A DNA stretch of 32,000 bases from Candidatus Nanopusillus sp. (GTDB taxonomy: Archaea; Nanobdellota; Nanobdellia; Nanobdellales; Nanobdellaceae). Location of the stretch: contig JAPYVP010000005.1 in NCBI GenBank assembly GCA_028276785.1, forward strand, positions 1-32,000, read 5' to 3'. The notes under the pieces were generated by a model. It worked only from the letters and a program-made list of their open reading frames with translations. It had not been told where the DNA came from and did no database searches. Position 1 is the stretch's first letter; every line of letters starts with the position of its first letter. Below are positions 26,058 through 32,000 of this stretch, piece after piece. The position numbers and the translations under genes are program-made.

Positions 26058-26843
26058 TTATAAATTTTCTACCTTTTTATTTATATCTAAAAATATTTTA
26101 AGTAAGGTAATAAGGAATATAGCAATTGATATATTTATTTCAAATGAAAAATTATTTATAATATTCTCCAATTTATAATTGATAGTTTGGTTATATTGAT
26201 TTAAATATTCATTTATTGTTGAATTTAAGTTATTTAAGAATGTTTGATTTACATATGGTAAACTATTATATAATATATACGCCCCATTTGTATCACCCAC
26301 ACTCTCTAAAATACTTATTGCTGTTTCATAACCACCAATATATGTATTCAACAATTGATATCCATATATTTGGTATATATCATATATGTATGAAGAATAA
26401 AGAGTTTCTAACTTACTATGAATAAATCGATTTACTATATTAATAAATATTGAATTATTTAGAACAACTAACAAAATCGATAAAAAATAAGCTATCATCG
26501 CAAAAAAAGAGTATTCTATTTTTATTATTTTAAATATAAAGAACATCGAGATCGTTAAATATATATTTATAAAATTATTGAATAATAAAAGACCAATAAC
26601 ATAATATATAATTCCAATAATTAAATAGAAGATTTTATTTTCTATTTCTCTTGAAAAATACGTTCCTAAATAAAATGTTATTAAAAATGATAATAAACTA
26701 ATTGATAATATAAATAAAAGACTATGGTTTGCTGTTGAGAATAATAAATTATTTACCAAATCTAAAGAATATATATAAAAAAAGTATAAAGCTATAGAAG
26801 ATTCTATATACAAAATTAATGATAATATATAATTTTTAATCAT
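26058..26843 (-). CDS. Hypothetical polytopic membrane protein
   Basis: 261-aa ORF with about five hydrophobic helices in the first 150 aa. A Tyr/Asn-rich loop with sequons follows, then a final helix. I recognise no family. Confidence 0.5.
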   Translation of the reverse strand: MIKNYILSLILYIESSIALYFFYIYSLDLVNNLLFSTANHSLLFILSISLLSFLITFYLGTYFSREIENKIFYLIIGIIYYVIGLLLFNNFINIYLTISMFFIFKIIKIEYSFFAMIAYFLSILLVVLNNSIFINIVNRFIHSKLETLYSSYIYDIYQIYGYQLLNTYIGGYETAISILESVGDTNGAYILYNSLPYVNQTFLNNLNSTINEYLNQYNQTINYKLENIINNFSFEINISIAIFLITLLKIFLDINKKVENL

Positions 26844-26895
26844 AAAATAGTTTTTTTAGTAAAATTTTTAAAGATGTTTTAATAAGTTATGTAGA

Positions 26896-27696
26896 ATGGA
26901 TTTATATCCAATAATTTTGGGAATAATTCAAGGTATAAGTGAATGGTTGCCAATAAGTAGTAAAACAGAAATTTTAATAGCTTCACATTATTTACTTAAT
27001 ATTAGCCCATCAATTGGATATACATTTGGATTGTTTATGGAAATTGGAACTGTATTATCTGCTTTATTATACTTTAAGAAAGATATATATCAAATATTAA
27101 AAGATAAGAAGATGTTATATTATATAATTATTGCAATAATTTTTACAGGATTGGTTGGTGCTCCTTTATATATAATTTCTAATAGATTATTAGAAAATGT
27201 ATATAATCCATCTATACCAATGATAATTTTGGGATTAATACTTATTTTAGATGGTATCTATATATATTATACAAGGAATAAGATAAAAATAAAAGATAAG
27301 AAAGATCTTAATTTAAGAGATATAATTATTATTGGAACTGCACAAGGGTTGTCAGCTTTGCCTGGTGTTAGCAGATCTGGAATTACAGTATCTACTATGT
27401 TATTAATGGAATATGATCCAAAATTTGCTTTTTCACTTTCATATATTTTATATATACCAGCAGCTATTGGAGCATTTTTTTTAACTATATTAGCTTCTAA
27501 ATCTAACATTATTTATATAGAGTCTACTATTGGATATTATGGAATTCTAACTGCAATGGTTGTTTCGTTTATAGTTGGCTATTTAACTATTGATATCTTA
27601 ATGAGATTAGCAAAGAGTAAAAAGGTATACTATATTAATTTTATACTTGGTAGTATAGCAATAATAGTTAATTTGGCAGGTTTAATATATGGTTAA
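26896..27696 (+). CDS. uppP: Undecaprenyl/polyprenyl-diphosphate phosphatase (UppP/BacA family)
   Basis: GIIQGISEWLPISSKTEILI and GTAQGLSALPGVSRSGITVSTMLL are the two BacA signature motifs. It is an 8-TM-like hydrophobic protein. Confidence 0.88.
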   Translation: MDLYPIILGIIQGISEWLPISSKTEILIASHYLLNISPSIGYTFGLFMEIGTVLSALLYFKKDIYQILKDKKMLYYIIIAIIFTGLVGAPLYIISNRLLENVYNPSIPMIILGLILILDGIYIYYTRNKIKIKDKKDLNLRDIIIIGTAQGLSALPGVSRSGITVSTMLLMEYDPKFAFSLSYILYIPAAIGAFFLTILASKSNIIYIESTIGYYGILTAMVVSFIVGYLTIDILMRLAKSKKVYYINFILGSIAIIVNLAGLIYG

Positions 27697-27735
27697 TAAA
27701 TAATTTTATATATTTAAAATTAAAACATAATATAC

Positions 27736-29157
27736 ATGGATTGGAAAAAGCTTTTACTAGGTATGTTAACTATACCAATTATTTTAGAGATTTATGCACA
27801 ACAGCCAATAGTTGGATATCCAACAGTAATAAGTAATCAAATTAATATATCTAATCCAAATAGCTATGCAGTATACGAAATAGATATATACAATCCCACA
27901 AATTATACATATTATTATTATGTTTCTCCATTATCTTCCCAATGGTTATTTATAGTAGGAGAAAATAACACTATGGTTTCTGGATATTTATATTCTAATC
28001 AATTGAAGAACATAAAAATATATATGAGACCTTTAGGTTTCGTTAATCAAATACCCGAAATCGTTTTATATTTGTATAATATAAATGTTACCTCTGAGCG
28101 TTATTCTTATGTAATACAATTTACTCCAATACTATATTATAATCAACCAACCACAACAAATTTAACCACTACTTTACCTTTACCATTATCGATAAGCTTT
28201 GAATTATCTAGTTCAACAGTAACACAAAATAGCTTTATATATTTAATAGGAATAATAAATAACCCAAATAATTATAGTCAAAATTTAATAATTAACATAA
28301 CCTCAGATATTGATTTTTCAGCATTTTATAATGAAACATTGAATCCGGGAGTAAATATATATCAAATTCCAATATTTATATCGAGTAATGTTTCTATAGG
28401 AGATCATCAATTGATAATATATGCAAATAACAATATATATTATCTAAATTTTACAGTTTTTCAGCTAAATACAACTCCAATAGTAGAAATAACTAAAGAA
28501 GGATTAAAATATATAATAAATATAACAAATCCACATAATTATCCAATTAATTATACGTACTATTTGCAAAATTACTATGGAATATTTTCTACATTCTATC
28601 CAAATCAATATTATATTAATAATATAAATGGATCAGAATATGCTGTATATGATATATTCTTATTACCAGGGCAGTCTTATATAATATATGAAGATTTCAA
28701 TTACTTACTGTTAGCTGAGATAATAATTGCAGTATTAATAATATTATTCATAATATTCTATGTATTATTTAGGGATAATGTGGTAATATCAAAAGAGATA
28801 TTGAAAATAGATTTAGATAAAGAAACAATAGATATAACAATAAATATAAAAAATAAAAGCATATTTCCATTAAATCAAATTAAATTAATAGATAGAGTAA
28901 ATGGACTAATAAAAATAAAAGAATATAAGATTGTAGAACCATCTTCTATTTATAAAGTAGATAATAACTATAACTTAAACTGGAAATTTGATAATATAAG
29001 AAGAAATGAAGAAATAGTTGTTTCTTATACGTTGGAAGTAAAAGATCTAAAAGAATATAAAAATATAGAGTTACCAAGAGCAGAATTAAGATATAGGTAT
29101 TTAATTTGGGATAGAGTTAAATATTCTAATGGCCTAATTATAAGGATTACAAAATAA
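27736..29157 (+). CDS. Hypothetical signal-peptide protein with several beta-sandwich-like (CARDB/DUF11/NEW3-like) modules and one internal TM helix
   Basis: Signal-like N-terminus MDWKKLLLGMLTIPIILEIYAQQ. Recurrent module cores are YEIDIYNPTNYTYYYYV and YIINITNPHNYPINYTYYL. The TM helix is LLLAEIIIAVLIILFIIFYVLF. The C-terminal ~125 aa, ETIDITINIKNKSIFPLNQIKLIDRV...NWKFDNIRRNEEIVVSYTLEV, resemble a DUF11/CARDB-type domain. Confidence 0.5.
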   Translation: MDWKKLLLGMLTIPIILEIYAQQPIVGYPTVISNQINISNPNSYAVYEIDIYNPTNYTYYYYVSPLSSQWLFIVGENNTMVSGYLYSNQLKNIKIYMRPLGFVNQIPEIVLYLYNINVTSERYSYVIQFTPILYYNQPTTTNLTTTLPLPLSISFELSSSTVTQNSFIYLIGIINNPNNYSQNLIINITSDIDFSAFYNETLNPGVNIYQIPIFISSNVSIGDHQLIIYANNNIYYLNFTVFQLNTTPIVEITKEGLKYIINITNPHNYPINYTYYLQNYYGIFSTFYPNQYYINNINGSEYAVYDIFLLPGQSYIIYEDFNYLLLAEIIIAVLIILFIIFYVLFRDNVVISKEILKIDLDKETIDITINIKNKSIFPLNQIKLIDRVNGLIKIKEYKIVEPSSIYKVDNNYNLNWKFDNIRRNEEIVVSYTLEVKDLKEYKNIELPRAELRYRYLIWDRVKYSNGLIIRITK

Positions 29158-29214
29158 TTTTTACTTTTTGGTTAATCTTTAACCTTTTATTTTCAGGTAT
29201 ATATTATCTATATT

Positions 29215-30075
29215 ATGGATGATCTAAGGACCGGTTATCAAATTACATGGTGTCCTGGATGCACAAACTTTGGTATATATACAGCAATAATTTCTACTCT
29301 AAGAGAATTGGAATCTGAAGGAAAAATTGATAGAAAGAAAGTTGTATTTACATCTGGAATTGGGTGTGCAGGAAAGATACATAATTATTTAAATTTAAGT
29401 TCTTTTAGTGGATTACATGGAAGAGCATTACCATTGGGGGTTGGAATAAAAATGGGAAATCCAGAATTAACCGTTTTAGTATTTCAAGGAGATGGAGATA
29501 CATATAATGAAGGAATTGATCATTTTATTTCTTCATGTAAAGAAAATGCAGATGTAAAGTTATTTGTTCATAATAATCAAGTATTTGCATTAACAACCGC
29601 CCAACATACATTTACAACTGAAGAAGGATATTATTCAAAATCGCTTGGTATGAAAGTATTTGCAAAACCATTGAACCCCATTGCATTAGCATTAATATCT
29701 GGTGCCACATTTGTTGCTAGAGGATATGCATTATGGATAGATCATTTAAAATATATAATGAAAGAAGCAATATTACACAAAGGATTTGCATTCGTGGATA
29801 TAATTCAACCATGTACTGTTCAGCATGATACAAGAAAATATTATGAAACACACATGTATAAATTAGAAGATGTAGGACACAATCCAACAAATTTTGATGA
29901 GGCATTAAAAAAAGCTTTGGAATATGATTATACATTAAAGGAAGATGCAAAAATTCCCATTGGCATATTTTATAAGGAATCAAGAATTACTTTACATGAG
30001 GGATTGAAAGTACAGCCATTTTATAAAATAACTAAAGAATTAAATTTAGATATTTTAAGTCAGATAACCGTATAA
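29215..30075 (+). CDS. 2-oxoacid:ferredoxin oxidoreductase, beta (TPP-binding) subunit
   Basis: WCPGCTNFGI, SGIGCAGK, HGRALPLGVGIKMGNPELTV, GDGDTYNEGIDH and NNQVFALTTAQ are the KorB/PorB-type motifs. Confidence 0.85.
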   Translation: MDDLRTGYQITWCPGCTNFGIYTAIISTLRELESEGKIDRKKVVFTSGIGCAGKIHNYLNLSSFSGLHGRALPLGVGIKMGNPELTVLVFQGDGDTYNEGIDHFISSCKENADVKLFVHNNQVFALTTAQHTFTTEEGYYSKSLGMKVFAKPLNPIALALISGATFVARGYALWIDHLKYIMKEAILHKGFAFVDIIQPCTVQHDTRKYYETHMYKLEDVGHNPTNFDEALKKALEYDYTLKEDAKIPIGIFYKESRITLHEGLKVQPFYKITKELNLDILSQITV

Positions 30076-30099
30076 AAATTTTTTACAATATATATTTTT

Positions 30100-30621
30100 A
30101 TGTATACATATGAATTTGATGTAAGTGATATAAAAGTAAATGAACTTGAAAAATTATTGAAAGAGAGAAATATAAAATATAATAAAAATAAAAATAAAAT
30201 AATTGTTTATTATGAAGATTTTTATTTCTTATATAAATTTGATAAATTTATAAAAGGATTAAAAGCAGGCTTTGATATTAAAAAATTATTAAATATATTG
30301 GATAATGATTGGGATATATTGGAAATTGATTTAAAATTGATATTTGAAAAGAAAATAAACCATATAATTAGAATAAAGGGAAGGATTATTGGAGAAGAAG
30401 GAAAAATATTGGAAGAATTAAAAAAGAGGACGAATGCTGATATAATTATTAAAGATAAATATATATACATACTTGGAGATAATGTTTCTTTACAATCAGC
30501 ATATGAAGGAATAAAAAGGATAATAAAAGGGGAAAAACACGGTACAGTATTTAATTATTTGGATAAATATATAAAAGATTTAAAAAATAAGGATAAAGAA
30601 TTTGCAAGATATATCAAATAA
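30100..30621 (+). CDS. KH-domain RNA-binding protein (Dim2/Krr1-like)
   Basis: IIRIKGRIIGEEGKILEELKKRTNADIIIKDKYIYILGD contains a KH GxxG loop (IGEEGK). Size and position are compatible with archaeal Dim2-like proteins. Confidence 0.55.
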   Translation: MYTYEFDVSDIKVNELEKLLKERNIKYNKNKNKIIVYYEDFYFLYKFDKFIKGLKAGFDIKKLLNILDNDWDILEIDLKLIFEKKINHIIRIKGRIIGEEGKILEELKKRTNADIIIKDKYIYILGDNVSLQSAYEGIKRIIKGEKHGTVFNYLDKYIKDLKNKDKEFARYIK

Positions 30622-30653
30622 TATTTTAAAATATTAAAATAAATATTTTTTAA

Positions 30654-32000
30654 ATGAAAGAAAAAAGTAAACAAAATATTCAGGAAATTGAACTATATAA
30701 AAAATTTAAAAGAATATCTGTAGCAGAATTTTTTGAGAGAAATAGACATCTATTAGGATTTGATAGTCCTAGGAAAGCGCTATTAATTGCAGTTAAAGAA
30801 TATGTAGATAATTCATTAGATGCATGTGAGGAATATAAAATACTACCAGATATAAAGGTTGAAATAAGTAAAATAGAAAATGATATTTATAAAATATCCG
30901 TAGAAGATAATGGACCTGGTATACCATATGAAAGTGTTCCAGAAATATTTGGTAGTTTTTTATTTGGTTCTAAGTTTCATAGATTCATATCTACAAGAGG
31001 AAAACAAGGTATTGGGGCTTCAGCAGTTACTTTATATTCACAACTTACAACAAAAGAACCTGTAGAAATTATTACGAAAATAAAAAATAAAGAAAAGGGG
31101 ATAAGGTATAAAATAAAGATTGATGTAAAAACAAATACTCCGATAATTGTAGAAAAGGAAGAAATTGAAATAAAAAAAGAGAGTGGGACAATTGTAAAGG
31201 CAAAAATAGTAGGTCAATATGTAAAAGGTAAACAATCTGTCGACGAATATATTAGATTAACTGCACTAATAAACCCACATACTAATATAACTTATAAAAA
31301 TCCAGATGGAGAAAAATTTGTTTATAAAAGAATAATAAATGATATACCGGAGCTAAAGGAAGTAAGACCCCATCCTTATGGTATTGAGATAGGGTATTTT
31401 GAAAGATTAATAAAAGAAACAAATGAAAAAACATTATTAAGTTTTTTAACTAAAACATTTTCATCTGTAGGACAAAATACTGCAATGGAAATACTAAAGA
31501 AAGCAAAATTAGATCCAAATACAGATCCAAAGAATTTAGATGACGATCAGATTATAAAATTATATAATGCATTACAAAATGCAAAATTAAGAGCAATACC
31601 GTCAAAATATATTGTAACACTTGGTAGAGATATTATATTAAAGAGTATGGAAAACATACTTAAGCCAGAATATATGGTTGCGATAAAAAGAAAACCAAAA
31701 TTATACAGAGGTATACCATTTATAGTAGAAGTTGGAATTGCATATGGTGGAGAAATAACAGAATTTCAATATTATAGATTTGCAAATAGAGTACCATTAT
31801 TATATAAACCAGGAGAAGATGCAATAACACATGCTTTAAAGGAAATTAATTGGAAACATTATGGATTTGAAGTTGAAGGGGAATTTCCGAAGGATCCAAT
31901 GGCAATATTGGTTCATGTTGCATCTGTTTGGTTACCATTTACTTCAGAATCAAAAGAAGCAATTGCACCATATGATGAAATAGTAAAGGAAATTGAATTA
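30654..32000 (+). CDS. top6B: DNA topoisomerase VI subunit B, partial; continues beyond the window
   Basis: Missing from the ORF track because it has no stop in the window. Hand translation from the ATG at 30654 gives MKEKSKQNIQEIELYKKFKRISVAEFFERNRHLLGFDSPRKALLIAVKEYVDNSLDACEE...VEDNGPGIP...GSKFH...RGKQGIGAS. These are the GHKL ATPase motifs (N box, DxGxG, G2 box) of Top6B. Confidence 0.92.
   Translation, partial: MKEKSKQNIQEIELYKKFKRISVAEFFERNRHLLGFDSPRKALLIAVKEYVDNSLDACEEYKILPDIKVEISKIENDIYKISVEDNGPGIPYESVPEIFGSFLFGSKFHRFISTRGKQGIGASAVTLYSQLTTKEPVEIITKIKNKEKGIRYKIKIDVKTNTPIIVEKEEIEIKKESGTIVKAKIVGQYVKGKQSVDEYIRLTALINPHTNITYKNPDGEKFVYKRIINDIPELKEVRPHPYGIEIGYFERLIKETNEKTLLSFLTKTFSSVGQNTAMEILKKAKLDPNTDPKNLDDDQIIKLYNALQNAKLRAIPSKYIVTLGRDIILKSMENILKPEYMVAIKRKPKLYRGIPFIVEVGIAYGGEITEFQYYRFANRVPLLYKPGEDAITHALKEINWKHYGFEVEGEFPKDPMAILVHVASVWLPFTSESKEAIAPYDEIVKEIEL

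Noticed and set aside
13814-31235. Remaining short antisense ORFs from the track: 13814-14014, 14085-14267, 14945-15151, 18735-18935, 21108-21323, 25883-26101, 26216-26425, 27267-27509, 29717-29983, 30222-30470 and 31038-31235
   Set aside because: Each is fully embedded antisense in a confidently assigned or longer coding gene, and none shows a motif.
1-32000. CRISPR arrays, IS elements, integrases, toxin-antitoxin or known defence genes, box C/D sRNAs and other GC-rich structured RNAs
   Set aside because: I saw no regularly spaced direct repeats and no transposase or integrase motifs. The few ATGATGA (C-box-like) strings all lie inside coding sequence and lack a CTGA D box at the right distance. 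The only GC-rich islands are the two tRNAs. A manual scan cannot exclude small AT-rich ncRNAs.

Overview
Very AT-rich, tightly packed archaeal chromosome segment, roughly a quarter G+C by eye. Intergenic gaps are mostly under 60 bp and many start/stop codons overlap. The gene content is archaeal: S28e-L24e-NDK, aIF5B, S6e, Kae1, L29-SUI1-Rpp29, TFS, topoisomerase VI B, AglB, AGOG and class III signal-peptide pilins. The compaction, scattered operon fragments and GC-rich tRNAs suggest a reduced-genome thermophile, possibly DPANN/Nanoarchaeota-like; this is inference and I have no database hit. I call 37 CDS, one frameshifted gene and two tRNAs (Lys-UUU, Asn-GUU). Several real features are absent from the ORF track. 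A partial AglB of more than 995 codons (1-2986, minus) and topo VI B (30654 onward) both run off the window. L24e is only 59 aa. A roughly 910-aa secreted beta-helix surface protein (7759-10493) is broken by two +1 frameshifts at short A runs. The most interesting region is 4.0-10.5 kb. It holds a divergent pair of single-domain FlaJ/TadC-like platform genes, one with an extracellular beta-sandwich tail. A translationally coupled pilin-like ORF with Gln+1/Glu+5 follows, then tRNA-Lys and the broken adhesin-like gene. Other oddities are a pyrophosphatase homologue lacking most catalytic acidic residues, a ~70-aa insertion in Kae1, and a 2-oxoacid:ferredoxin oxidoreductase beta subunit with no alpha partner nearby. 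I found no CRISPR array, transposase, integrase or recognisable defence gene.
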